From Armatimonadota bacterium (lineage in GTDB: Bacteria; Armatimonadota; UBA5829; DTLH01), in NCBI GenBank assembly GCA_039679675.1, contig JBDKUN010000028.1, positions 1 through 64,000 of the forward strand: a stretch of DNA of 64,000 nt, in the 5' to 3' direction. Under the pieces are notes generated by a model. That model did not search any database, was not told the origin of the DNA, and was given only the letters and a program-made list of their open reading frames with translations. Every line of letters starts with the position of its first letter. Position 1 is the first letter of the stretch. The translations under genes and the position numbers were made by a program. Below are positions 38,929 through 48,154 of the stretch, one piece after another.

Positions 38929-40617
38929 CTAGAGCCTTGCCGCGTGCTTCCCGGCTATCTTCCACTCGCCTGATGGCTGTTTCTGCAGGATTATTACATC
39001 CGCAACCCTTCTTCTATCCGGGAAAACGAATACAACCCGAACTTCGGCTCTCCGGCCCCTGTCAAAAATCTTCTGATGCGATGGAGGAATATAGTAAGCT
39101 TTCTCTTTCTTTGACCATCGGGAATATATATCCGCAGCCATCTCGGAAGCAGTTTCATTCCGGCCAGTCTTTTCAAACGACGGCAGTGTATACTTCTCCG
39201 CTTTTTCAGCATCCCCACGTACGGCAGACTGAACCCAGAGCCATGCCACTCTGTCCGGCGCTACTGGCTTGGTATATCTGAAAACCACCCAGCCGCAGAT
39301 GACAACCGCACCTATAATCGCAGCGATTACTATAAATCTTCGCTCTTTGTCTTTGATCCTGCGCCCCATGGCTGATTCCGTCCTCGACCGGGAGATCCAG
39401 GTGAAGACCATCACCGTTCCGATGGAAAGGAACAGCGCGCACAGGTAGAACGGAAGGTTCTTGTTCATTACACCGAGTCTCGGCAGAGACATCCAATCTG
39501 TCGAATAGATGAACGAACCGAGCGCCGTACCTACCATAGCTCCTATTCCCTGGGCCATTCCGACCGCGCCCATTACCTGCCCGGCTTTGTCTCTAGGGGC
39601 TGCAAGGGATATTACGGCCATCCATGCCGGAAATGCCACCGCAAACCCTACACCAAGGACTGCTCCGGACCCGGCAGCCGCCAGTGTGTTCCTCACGATG
39701 GCAATAAACCATATAGAAAGGCAGCAGGTCAGCATACCATACCCGACGGAAACCATCTTTCCCCATTTATCGGCAAGTTTTCCGAACGGAACTGCCATCA
39801 CACCGAGCGCAGCGGCAACCGGCATGAGCAGCATCCCGAACTTCGTTTCACTCATGCCGAACTGCTCCATCGCATAGAGCTTGATAACCGGCATCAACAA
39901 CCCTATAGCAAAAAAGACTACTATGCTCATCACCAGCATATCCGGCACTGAGCGGAACAGGTTCTTTACCTCGTCGGAAATCGTCATGTGCGGTGGCGCT
40001 TCTTCATGCGGGATATGGTCGTGCTTGTGGATGCCTCTGGGTAAGGCAAAAAGCCCAACGAGAACGGTAATCGCAAAAATGATGCTTACCAGAACAAACG
40101 ATCCCCAGTGCGATTTCGTAAGATCGTTGGCGAGGCCTCCCAGCGGGAATGCGAGAGCCATACCCGCCATACTGGCGCTGTTCAAGACGGACATGGCCAT
40201 GCTGCGGCTTTTCTCATCGACTGCATCACCTATCGCGGCAAACGACGCAGGCCAGAACGCAGCCAAGCCGACACCATCTATCCCTCTGAGGAGTACCATA
40301 ACATAAGGATTGGCCGTATATATCGTCGCAATCGACGTGAATATCCCCAATGCCGGACCCGCCAGTATAAGGGGTTTGCGGCCAATCCTGTCACTCAATG
40401 CACCGAGAGAAGGCCTGAATATAGCCTCAGTCAGCATAAACGCGCCCAGGATCAGACCCAGGTGTTGCCCCAGGTGCAGATCAAAGGTCACCCACACAGG
40501 CAGCGCTGAGAAATTCACCGTCGTCCAGCCCATTTGGGCGAATATCCCGACTATTCCCAGCCCGATTATGATGCGCGTGGACGCGCTTCTTTTCAGTCTC
40601 TCTTTATCTTTAACCAA
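38929..40617 (-). CDS. MFS transporter with extra C-terminal TM and soluble domain
   Basis: GALSDRIGRK and GKLADKWGK motif A, 12-TM pattern. Confidence 0.85.
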   Translation of the reverse strand: MVKDKERLKRSASTRIIIGLGIVGIFAQMGWTTVNFSALPVWVTFDLHLGQHLGLILGAFMLTEAIFRPSLGALSDRIGRKPLILAGPALGIFTSIATIYTANPYVMVLLRGIDGVGLAAFWPASFAAIGDAVDEKSRSMAMSVLNSASMAGMALAFPLGGLANDLTKSHWGSFVLVSIIFAITVLVGLFALPRGIHKHDHIPHEEAPPHMTISDEVKNLFRSVPDMLVMSIVVFFAIGLLMPVIKLYAMEQFGMSETKFGMLLMPVAAALGVMAVPFGKLADKWGKMVSVGYGMLTCCLSIWFIAIVRNTLAAAGSGAVLGVGFAVAFPAWMAVISLAAPRDKAGQVMGAVGMAQGIGAMVGTALGSFIYSTDWMSLPRLGVMNKNLPFYLCALFLSIGTVMVFTWISRSRTESAMGRRIKDKERRFIVIAAIIGAVVICGWVVFRYTKPVAPDRVAWLWVQSAVRGDAEKAEKYTLPSFEKTGRNETASEMAADIYSRWSKKEKAYYIPPSHQKIFDRGRRAEVRVVFVFPDRRRVADVIILQKQPSGEWKIAGKHAARL

Positions 40618-40708
40618 GAGCCTGTTAGTTTCTCCGGTAAAGCCCTTATTCGCTGAAGCGAATAGGTGCTTTTTCTGGATTTTTATCCGTAAACGGATAA
40701 AACCCTAC

Positions 40709-41749
40709 TTAGTCTATGGTTACTTCCTTGCCGGCTTCTGAGGACCTGTAAATACCGTCCAGGATCTTCATGACCATTAGCGCCTGCTCGCCTGTTACCG
40801 GCGGTTCGGTGTCGTTGTGGATGGAGTCGAGGAATGCCCTGATCTCGCCCTCGTACATATCGACTTTAGGCGTGTAGCCCGGCGCGATGTCAACCAAGGT
40901 CCCGTGTTCCTCCCGGAAGATCTTCAAAGGATCGGACTGGCAGCCGCCTTCCGTTCCCATAATAGCGAAAGACATTCTGTCTTTTTCGATATTTGCTGCA
41001 AAGCTGGACTCGATTGAGAGCGTAGCGCCGTTATCGAACCGGATGAACCCTGCCGCGAAGTCTTCGACGGTAAATTTCTTGTAGTCCCACTGTCCCATCA
41101 TTCCTAGGACATCCGGTCTATTTCCAAACTTGGCATAGGTTATTCCCGATGCGGCAACCGGCTTGGGATGCCCCATCAGCCAAAGGGTAGCATCCAGGAT
41201 GTGGACGCCTATGTCGATCAAGGGACCGCCGCCCTGCTTTTCTTTATCGATGAATACTCCCCAGCCGGGGATGCCTCTTCTGCGGATGGCCTGGACTCTC
41301 GCAAAATACATATCGCCCATCGCGCCGTCATCTATGTACCTTTTCAGCATCATGTTATCGGCGCTGAAGCGGTAGCACTGCGCCACCATGAATTTCTTGC
41401 CTGACGCTTTTGCGGCATCCACCATCTCCTGGCCCTCTTGAGGGTTCCGGGCTATCGGTTTCTCCACAATGACGTGCTTTCCGGCTTTTAGAGCAGCAAC
41501 CGCCGGGTCTTTGTGGGCAAAGTTCGGCGTGCAGATGTCTACTGCGTCGATCTCGTCCATCTCAAGCATCTTGTTATAGTCGGTGAAGATGCGGTCTATA
41601 CCCCTCTTTTCCTTGACTGCTTTGCAGCAGTCCTCGTTCACATCACAAATGGCCACTATCTCCGCATCCGGCTGCTTAAGAATCCACGGAATATGCACGT
41701 TACTCGATATACCGCCGCAGCCGATCATCCCGATTCGAATCTTTTTCAT
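40709..41749 (-). CDS. Gfo/Idh/MocA oxidoreductase
   Basis: IGMIGCGGI, AGKHVIVEKP, GGGPLIDIGVH. Confidence 0.92.
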   Translation of the reverse strand: MKKIRIGMIGCGGISSNVHIPWILKQPDAEIVAICDVNEDCCKAVKEKRGIDRIFTDYNKMLEMDEIDAVDICTPNFAHKDPAVAALKAGKHVIVEKPIARNPQEGQEMVDAAKASGKKFMVAQCYRFSADNMMLKRYIDDGAMGDMYFARVQAIRRRGIPGWGVFIDKEKQGGGPLIDIGVHILDATLWLMGHPKPVAASGITYAKFGNRPDVLGMMGQWDYKKFTVEDFAAGFIRFDNGATLSIESSFAANIEKDRMSFAIMGTEGGCQSDPLKIFREEHGTLVDIAPGYTPKVDMYEGEIRAFLDSIHNDTEPPVTGEQALMVMKILDGIYRSSEAGKEVTID

Positions 41750-41856
41750 CAGATGAACCTCCAAATCCCCTGTTCAACGATTATTTTTGTGTTTTAATGG
41801 TTCCAAAATGCATTACAAGTATAGCAGATATATGCTGAGCTTTCACAACAAACACG

Positions 41857-43308
41857 TCACCCTTTTACTACGCCGAGCGGGCGCATCCGAGCAACTTTGA
41901 GCGATATTCCTGCTCCGTGAGCTGCGTCAACGACGTTTGCAACATCCTTATAAGCAAAAGAGGCTTCCTCCGCAAGGGTTCCCCTGCTTGCCGCCCGGAC
42001 TGTAATGCCTTTTTCAGCTAAAATCTGCTGGATATTCTGGCCTCTGCCTTCTTTAGTTGCCGCATGCCGGGACATTACCCTTCCTGCGCCGTGGCAGGTA
42101 GAGCCGAAAGTCTCTTTCATCGCCCGCTCTGTCCCGACAAGAAGGTACGAGTAACGCCCCATGTCCCCAGGAATCAGCACAGGCTGGCCGATTGCCCTGT
42201 ACTGTGACGGAATATCCGGGTGTCCCGGACCGAAGGCGCGCGTAGCACCTTTTCTATGGACACAGAGCTTCATCTTTTTGCCGTCTACCACATGGTCTTC
42301 TATCTTTGCGATGTTGTGGGCGACATCGTATACCTGCCTCATGCCGAGCTTATGAGCGCCTGCGCCCATTACATTCTCGAATGCTTCTCTCACCCAGTGG
42401 GCGATGGCCTGCCGGTTCGCCCAGGCATAATTGGCCGCGCAGCTCATTGCCGCAAGATAGCGCTGCCCTTCTTCGGACTTGACCGGAGCGCATGCAAGCT
42501 GCCTGTCAGGGATAGAAATATTGTATTTTTGTATCGCCCGCTGCATCACGATCAGGCTGTCATCGCAGATCTGGTAACCGAAGCCTCTGGAGCCGGTGTG
42601 GATCATTACAGTGATCTGTCCTGGGCCGGTTATGCCGAATGCCTCAGCTGCTTCTGCGTCGAATATCTCCTCGACTACCTGGACTTCCAGAAAATGGTTC
42701 CCGGCGCCGAGTGTCCCGAGCTGAGGGCGGCCTCTCTGGACGGCTTTGCTGCTCACGACTGACGGATCGGCCGATTCCAGCTTTCCGCCCTGCTCCGTCA
42801 CTTCTATATCCTCAGCCCAGCCGAATCCTTGCTCCACCATCCATTTTGCGCCCTTTTTCATCACCTGCGCAAGCTCTGCTTCATTGACTCTGATCTTTCC
42901 TTCGCTACCGACTCCTGAAGGGACATCGAGAAAAAGCCTGTCGACCAGGTCTCCGATCTTGGGCTGGACTTCTTTTACGTTCAAATCCGTTCTAATCAGC
43001 CTCACGCCGCAGTTTATGTCGAACCCGACCCCTCCTGGGGATACCACGCCGTCTTCGACAGATGTAGCCGCGACCCCGCCTATCGGAAAACCGTAACCCC
43101 AGTGGATATCCGGCATAGCCATGGATCTCCCCTGGATTCCCGGCAGAAACGCGACATTCGCCACCTGCTCAAGTGATTCGTCGAGGTCCTCCATTATCTC
43201 TTCTGTCGCATAGATGAGCCCTTCCGTTCTCATCCCGTCTTTATAAGACTTGGGGATGAGCCAGCGGTAATCGTCCACTTTTTTAATGCGGTCCTTCCAC
43301 GAAGTCAT
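41857..43308 (-). CDS. rtcB: RNA ligase RtcB
   Basis: MPDIHWGYGFPIGG, DINCGVR, GTLGAGNHFLE, HTGSRG, HRKGATRA, STCHGAGR. Confidence 0.96.
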   Translation of the reverse strand: MTSWKDRIKKVDDYRWLIPKSYKDGMRTEGLIYATEEIMEDLDESLEQVANVAFLPGIQGRSMAMPDIHWGYGFPIGGVAATSVEDGVVSPGGVGFDINCGVRLIRTDLNVKEVQPKIGDLVDRLFLDVPSGVGSEGKIRVNEAELAQVMKKGAKWMVEQGFGWAEDIEVTEQGGKLESADPSVVSSKAVQRGRPQLGTLGAGNHFLEVQVVEEIFDAEAAEAFGITGPGQITVMIHTGSRGFGYQICDDSLIVMQRAIQKYNISIPDRQLACAPVKSEEGQRYLAAMSCAANYAWANRQAIAHWVREAFENVMGAGAHKLGMRQVYDVAHNIAKIEDHVVDGKKMKLCVHRKGATRAFGPGHPDIPSQYRAIGQPVLIPGDMGRYSYLLVGTERAMKETFGSTCHGAGRVMSRHAATKEGRGQNIQQILAEKGITVRAASRGTLAEEASFAYKDVANVVDAAHGAGISLKVARMRPLGVVKG

Positions 43309-43343
43309 TTGAAGCTCCTTTTTAGCTGCCAGCTGAGCTGCGT

Positions 43344-43739
43344 CTACGCAGCCTGAGTGCGCTTACGGCAGCCTGTCAAATAGCTGATGCCGAAGCCGGC
43401 GAAAAATATAGCCAGATAGATCACGTAGTACTCTATATTTCTAATCAGCGGCAAACTGTCATCCTTTACAGCAGGGCTGAATATGAAAGTAAACACAAAA
43501 AGCCACGCCGCACGACCACCCTTCCAACCCCACCAAAATCCAAATACAAGCCCGGTAAAAACCGGCACGATTATTCTTGTGTTATGCCGCTGTGATGGAA
43601 ACAACTGTGCTGCCAATGCAAAGAACGCCGTAATAACAATCCCTACTATAAGGCCTTTGAAGTAAAGACCCAATACAGACCTGTCAATCCTTCTGTTCAG
43701 ATCAGCTAACCTCTTAAACAAGTTCATAACAATCTCCAA
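43344..43739 (-). CDS. Hypothetical membrane protein
   Basis: Four hydrophobic segments; AT-richer than neighbours. Confidence 0.55.
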   Translation of the reverse strand: MEIVMNLFKRLADLNRRIDRSVLGLYFKGLIVGIVITAFFALAAQLFPSQRHNTRIIVPVFTGLVFGFWWGWKGGRAAWLFVFTFIFSPAVKDDSLPLIRNIEYYVIYLAIFFAGFGISYLTGCRKRTQAA

Positions 43740-43770
43740 TGAATGCTCTTACTTGCCATTATGTGGACAG

Positions 43771-44253
43771 CTACTCGTGCTTTTTCCTGATAATCCGGCT
43801 GGATTTAAGCGCTCTCATGAACCTTTCAGCGAACTCGGGGTCTTCAATCCCTTCCGCGGCCTGCTTTATCCTTTCGAGTTCGTTTTCTGTGAGAGAAGGC
43901 TCCTCACTTCTCTTCTTCGAAAACCCTTTTTCTTCCTCTGAATCTTTATTTTTCTTAAAACCTCTCCCTGAGAGGCGAATTTCCTTGATTATATTTGCTC
44001 CGAGCTTCTCATTCAGCTTTTTGATGATGACCGGCCTCAGGAAATGCAGTTCCTGCGCCCACATACTATCTCTACAAGAGACGTATACTACGCCGTCTAT
44101 TACCCTCTCCGCTCTTGTGACGGATGCCGTTTTTTCGCCTACTACATCTGCCCAGAGATCAAGCGCGGCTTTTTCCTGAACAGCGCCCTTCAGCCCGACC
44201 CGTTCTATCCCGGATTTTACAAGATCACCTAGAAAAGAGAATTCTTTTCTCAT
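43771..44253 (-). CDS. DUF721/DciA-like protein
   Basis: W.DVVGE..A..T, G.VYV.C.DS.WAQEL; directly downstream of recF. Confidence 0.8.
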   Translation of the reverse strand: MRKEFSFLGDLVKSGIERVGLKGAVQEKAALDLWADVVGEKTASVTRAERVIDGVVYVSCRDSMWAQELHFLRPVIIKKLNEKLGANIIKEIRLSGRGFKKNKDSEEEKGFSKKRSEEPSLTENELERIKQAAEGIEDPEFAERFMRALKSSRIIRKKHE

Positions 44254-45368
44254 ATCTTTTTCACCTTACCGGAATCTACCTCGAATATTTCGGCCTTTTC
44301 CACAATTTCATCCGGCAGTTCATTCAGAGAGGTCGCGGTAACGAGGGTCTGGCACCTGCCGAATGTAAGGTCGAATACCTGTTTTCTTCTCTGTTCATCG
44401 AGTTCAGCTCCGACATCGTCCAGAAGCGCTACAGGAGGTTCGCCGACCATCTCTTCGACGAGTTCTATCTCAGCGAGCTTGACAGCAAGAGCAACGGATC
44501 GCTGCTGTCCCTGCGAGCCGAAAGCCCTGACTTCCATACCGTTGACCTTGAACGATATATCGTCCCTGTGAGGCCCTTTAGTAGTCGTCTTTCGAAGGAT
44601 GTCGTTTTCTCTCGACTGTTTAAGCTGCCTGCCGAAAGTTTCTTTGATCTCTTCCAGATTTTTAGGATCGTCCAGCTTTACACTAGGCTCGTAAGCGATT
44701 TCAAGTCTTTCCTGCCCACCGGAGAGCCTTTCGTAAACCGGCTCGGCTATTTCAGCAAGCCTTCTCACGAAGACCAGGCGTTTTTCTATCATACTCGAGC
44801 CGTAGTTTACGAGCTGATCATCCCAGATGTCTATGGACCTTGCTGTCCCACCGCCGAAACGGAGTTCTTTGATCGCGCTGTTTCTTTGGTCGAGGACTCT
44901 TTTGTACCTTCCGAACGAATAAACGTACTGAGGACTCACCTGGGAGATCTCCAAATTTAAGAACCTTCTCCTGTGAGAGGGATCGAGCTTTATCATATCC
45001 AGATCTGTGGCTGAAAAGATAACCGCGTTGAGCTGGCCTACTATATCTCCTACCTTCTCACGTTTTACCTTGTTTACCCGAACAGTTTTTTTCTCAACAC
45101 GGCTCAGTGTAAGTTCGAGAATGACTTCTTCGCGTTTTTCTCTGTCTACTTCGGCCGTTATTCTTGTCCAATCAGCTCCAAGCCGTATCAGTTCTGCATC
45201 TCTGGACGTGCGGTGAGACTTACTCGTAGCCAAAGCATATAAGGCTTCGAGTATCGCTGTCTTTCCCTGTCCGTTCGGACCCACGAAGATATTCATTCCC
45301 TGTCCAAGATGGACAGAGTTGTCCAAGTGGTTCCGAAAATTAATAAGGTGAAGGTAAGTTATCCTCAT
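44250..45368 (-). CDS. recF: DNA replication/repair protein RecF
   Basis: NFRN, GPNGQGKT..LEA, SHRT, GPHRDD, GSQGQQRS, LLDDV..ELD. Confidence 0.96.
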   Translation of the reverse strand: MRITYLHLINFRNHLDNSVHLGQGMNIFVGPNGQGKTAILEALYALATSKSHRTSRDAELIRLGADWTRITAEVDREKREEVILELTLSRVEKKTVRVNKVKREKVGDIVGQLNAVIFSATDLDMIKLDPSHRRRFLNLEISQVSPQYVYSFGRYKRVLDQRNSAIKELRFGGGTARSIDIWDDQLVNYGSSMIEKRLVFVRRLAEIAEPVYERLSGGQERLEIAYEPSVKLDDPKNLEEIKETFGRQLKQSRENDILRKTTTKGPHRDDISFKVNGMEVRAFGSQGQQRSVALAVKLAEIELVEEMVGEPPVALLDDVGAELDEQRRKQVFDLTFGRCQTLVTATSLNELPDEIVEKAEIFEVDSGKVKKI

Positions 45369-45370
45369 GG

Positions 45371-45598
45371 CTTAAGTAAATTCTTAAAATCAAATTATTA
45401 TATATAATATCTTATTGTAATAGTAATGCCGGTGGATACTGTGGAAACGGCTGTATTTCACGCTTGACCCACTCTTGGCAGGTTCTGTTGACAACCCAGT
45501 GGGCATTATAGCAGGGATATTCCAGGTTTTGGGGATAAAAAACTGTGGATTACAATAAACAGTTTATAAACAAGGGACTCCACAGAGTAATCCACAGG
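45371..45598. other. Putative replication origin oriC (AT-rich DUE plus DnaA-box cluster)
   Basis: AT-rich 45371-45427; DnaA-box-like 9-mers at 45431, 45440, 45486, 45530, 45544, 45564, 45588 (1-2 mismatches to TTATCCACA). Confidence 0.72.
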
Positions 45599-45618
45599 CC
45601 GAGCAAAGACAAAAAACT

Positions 45619-47778
45619 CTAATCTTTGCTTACTCTTTCCAGCTTGGCGTAAGCGACAGACAGCTTCTTTAGGCCATTACCATCGAAAGCCACAGTTACC
45701 TGTTCTTTAACCCCTTCTCCAGTGGAATTTAGAACAAGACCTTTCCCAAACTCTGGATGGGTCACTTTTTCACCAGGACGGAATGTGGCAGCAGCAGAAC
45801 TTCTCTTAGGCTCGAATCCAGATTTAAGCACATTCCGGCTGCTTCCCGCGTTTCTTTTTATGAGAAGATGGTCCGGCACTTCCGTAAGGAAACGGGACCT
45901 GCCGCTTCTTAGTGTCTGTCCCATAAAAGTCCTGAGATGCGCAAAGGAGAGATGCAGTTCTTCCTTTGCCCTGGTCATACCCACATAACAAAGCCTGCGT
46001 TCTTCCTCCAGTTCATCCCTGCTGTTCATAGACCTCTGATGTGGAAAAAGCCCTTCTTCCATTCCGACGATGAAGACGACCGGATACTCAAGCCCCTTTG
46101 CAGAGTGCATGGTCATCAAAGTGACGGCGTTTCCGCTTTCCTCATAGGTGTCTATGTCGGAAATAAGCGCGACCTGCTCCAGAAATGAGCGAAGTGAGCT
46201 GTCTTCGGAAGACTTAGTGAACTCTTCGGTGACGGATAGAAGCTCTTTTACGTTTTCAATCCGCGACTGGGCATCCATGCTCTTGTCAGCTTTCATGTGA
46301 GTCATGTAGCCTGAATGTTCGAGGGCTTCCTCGATGAGCCGCTGGACCGAATAACTCTCTTTTTTGTTGTATAGAAACTCGATGAGAGCGACGAAGGTCT
46401 TTATCTCCCGCCGCGCCTTATTCTGGATGTCCGGTATTTCATCCGCGCGCTTCAAAGCGTCCCAGAAAGGGATGTCATTGTTCTCAGCGAACTGCTCCAA
46501 CCGCGAAACCGTCGTCGGGCCGATCCCCCTCGGAGGAGTGTTGATAACCCTCTTCAGGCTGATGCTCTCGTAAGGGTTCGACGCGAGCCGGAGGTATGCC
46601 AGAACATCCTTGATCTCTTTTCTTTCGTAGAACCGAAGAGACCCTACAAGCACATAGGGAACGCGGTATGAGAGAAAAACATCTTCAAACACGCGCGACT
46701 GGGCGTTCATCCTGTAAAGGATCACAAAGTCAGAATAGCGCCTGCCTTCGGCCACATTGTTCTGGATCGTATTCGCTATATGGATGGCTTCTTCCTGCTC
46801 ATTAGCAGCTTCATATACGTCTATCCCGCGGCCGTGGGCATTTTCGGTCCAAAGCTCCTTATCCCGCCTGGACAGGTTCCGGCTGACTACTTCATGGGCA
46901 GCTTCAAGGATCGTTTTCGTCGACCTGTAGTTCTGCTCCAGCTTGAAAACCTTCGCGTCGGGGTAATCCGTCTCAAACTGCAGGATCAGCCCCACATCGG
47001 CGCCGCGCCACCTGTAAATACTCTGGTCGTCATCCCCGACACAGCAGATATTTCTGTGTTTTCCCGCTATAAGCTTCACGAGGGTATACTGCGACAGGTT
47101 GATGTCCTGATACTCGTCTACCATTACGTATCGGAACTTGTCCTGATAGTATTCGAGCACTTCAGGGTGCTCTTTGAATAGCCGGACGGTCCAGAATATG
47201 AGGTCGTCAAAATCCAGCGCCGAGTTTTCGCGCAGTTTTTTCTCGTACTGCTTATAAATTCTCCCGACTACCTGCTCGAATTCCCCACGGAACTTGTTCG
47301 GAAACTGTTCCGGCGTGACCAGCTTCTCTTTTGCTGAAGAGATGATACTGAGCACCGGTCTAGGCTGATATTTCTTCTCCGGCAGACCCATCTGTTCAAC
47401 GCATTCGTTGATAAGGGCGCTCTGGTCCCCTGTATCGAAGATGGTGAAGTCGCGCGAAAGCCCCATCACATCGCCGTGGGTCCTCAGGATGCGCGCGCAG
47501 GTGGAGTGGAAAGTTCCGGCCCATATCTTGCGGGACTCCCTGCCTATGAGACTCTCTATCCGCTCCTTCATTTCCTTAGCAGCCTTGTTGGTAAATGTGA
47601 CGGCAAGGATGCTGGATGGAGAAATACCCATCTCTCCAACGAGATAAGCGATCCGGTAGGTGAGAGCGCGGGTCTTGCCGCTTCCTGCGCCTGCGACAAT
47701 GAGAGTAGGCCCTTCGGTGTTTTGGACAGCCTCGCGCTGTGCCGAATTGAGATGATCGAGGATACTTTTTTCAGCCAT
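45619..47778 (-). CDS. pcrA: ATP-dependent DNA helicase PcrA/UvrD
   Basis: AGAGSGKT, TFTNKAA.EM, VDEYQD, VGDDDQSIY.WRGA, LEQNYRST, H.AKGLE, EEERRL.YVGMTRA, C-terminal tudor-like domain. Confidence 0.96.
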   Translation of the reverse strand: MAEKSILDHLNSAQREAVQNTEGPTLIVAGAGSGKTRALTYRIAYLVGEMGISPSSILAVTFTNKAAKEMKERIESLIGRESRKIWAGTFHSTCARILRTHGDVMGLSRDFTIFDTGDQSALINECVEQMGLPEKKYQPRPVLSIISSAKEKLVTPEQFPNKFRGEFEQVVGRIYKQYEKKLRENSALDFDDLIFWTVRLFKEHPEVLEYYQDKFRYVMVDEYQDINLSQYTLVKLIAGKHRNICCVGDDDQSIYRWRGADVGLILQFETDYPDAKVFKLEQNYRSTKTILEAAHEVVSRNLSRRDKELWTENAHGRGIDVYEAANEQEEAIHIANTIQNNVAEGRRYSDFVILYRMNAQSRVFEDVFLSYRVPYVLVGSLRFYERKEIKDVLAYLRLASNPYESISLKRVINTPPRGIGPTTVSRLEQFAENNDIPFWDALKRADEIPDIQNKARREIKTFVALIEFLYNKKESYSVQRLIEEALEHSGYMTHMKADKSMDAQSRIENVKELLSVTEEFTKSSEDSSLRSFLEQVALISDIDTYEESGNAVTLMTMHSAKGLEYPVVFIVGMEEGLFPHQRSMNSRDELEEERRLCYVGMTRAKEELHLSFAHLRTFMGQTLRSGRSRFLTEVPDHLLIKRNAGSSRNVLKSGFEPKRSSAAATFRPGEKVTHPEFGKGLVLNSTGEGVKEQVTVAFDGNGLKKLSVAYAKLERVSKD

Positions 47779-47875
47779 AAAATAATAAAAACGTGCGGAA
47801 GAGAGTTCATTCCGCACGGTAATTTGCTGCTATATTATAAATCAAAGCCCACAGGAAAGCCAGCTCAGCCAAACA

Positions 47876-47907
47876 CAAAAGCCGGGGAGTGGCGGTTCCC
47901 CGGCTTT
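47876..47907 (-). terminator. Intrinsic terminator overlapping the riboswitch 3' end
   Basis: Minus strand AAAGCCGGGGA-ACCGCCAC-TCCCCGGCTTTT. Confidence 0.7.
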
Positions 47908-47990
47908 GCTTACAGCGGCGGGCCCGTGATGGGCTTTCACCATCTTCCCTATTGTTTTGCCTTTTTCGGGCGGGCAACCCCACCTCGATA
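47888..47990 (-). ncRNA. Cobalamin riboswitch-like element (short form)
   Basis: Minus strand AATAGGGAA-GATGGTGAAAGCCCATC-ACGGGCCCGCCGCTGTAA..AAGCCGGGGAACCGCC resembles the B12-riboswitch core; 5' GTGGGGTT can pair with 3' AACCGCCAC. Confidence 0.7.
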
Positions 47991-48005
47991 TTTAGTTTTC
48001 CACAC

Positions 48006-48034
48006 ACATTACCGCGCGATACTTCTTCTGTCAA
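48006..48034 (-). promoter_or_regulatory. sigma70-type promoter driving the riboswitch/pcrA direction
   Basis: TTGACA-N17-TAATGT; DnaA-box-like TTTTCCACA at 47996-48004 near the expected TSS. Confidence 0.65.
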
Positions 48035-48082
48035 GGTAATTACGTGGGGAAATTCGCCCCGTGTAATTTAACGTAATTACCG

Positions 48083-48111
48083 TTGTAGACAGAAGGAGCT
48101 TCTGCTATAAT
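48083..48111 (+). promoter_or_regulatory. dnaA promoter
   Basis: TTGTAG-N17-TATAAT with extended -10 (TGC-TATAAT). Confidence 0.65.
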
Positions 48112-48154
48112 CGGTGAGTCGCTGGGGGGCGTCGTCCAAAGTTTTGCACAGGGA

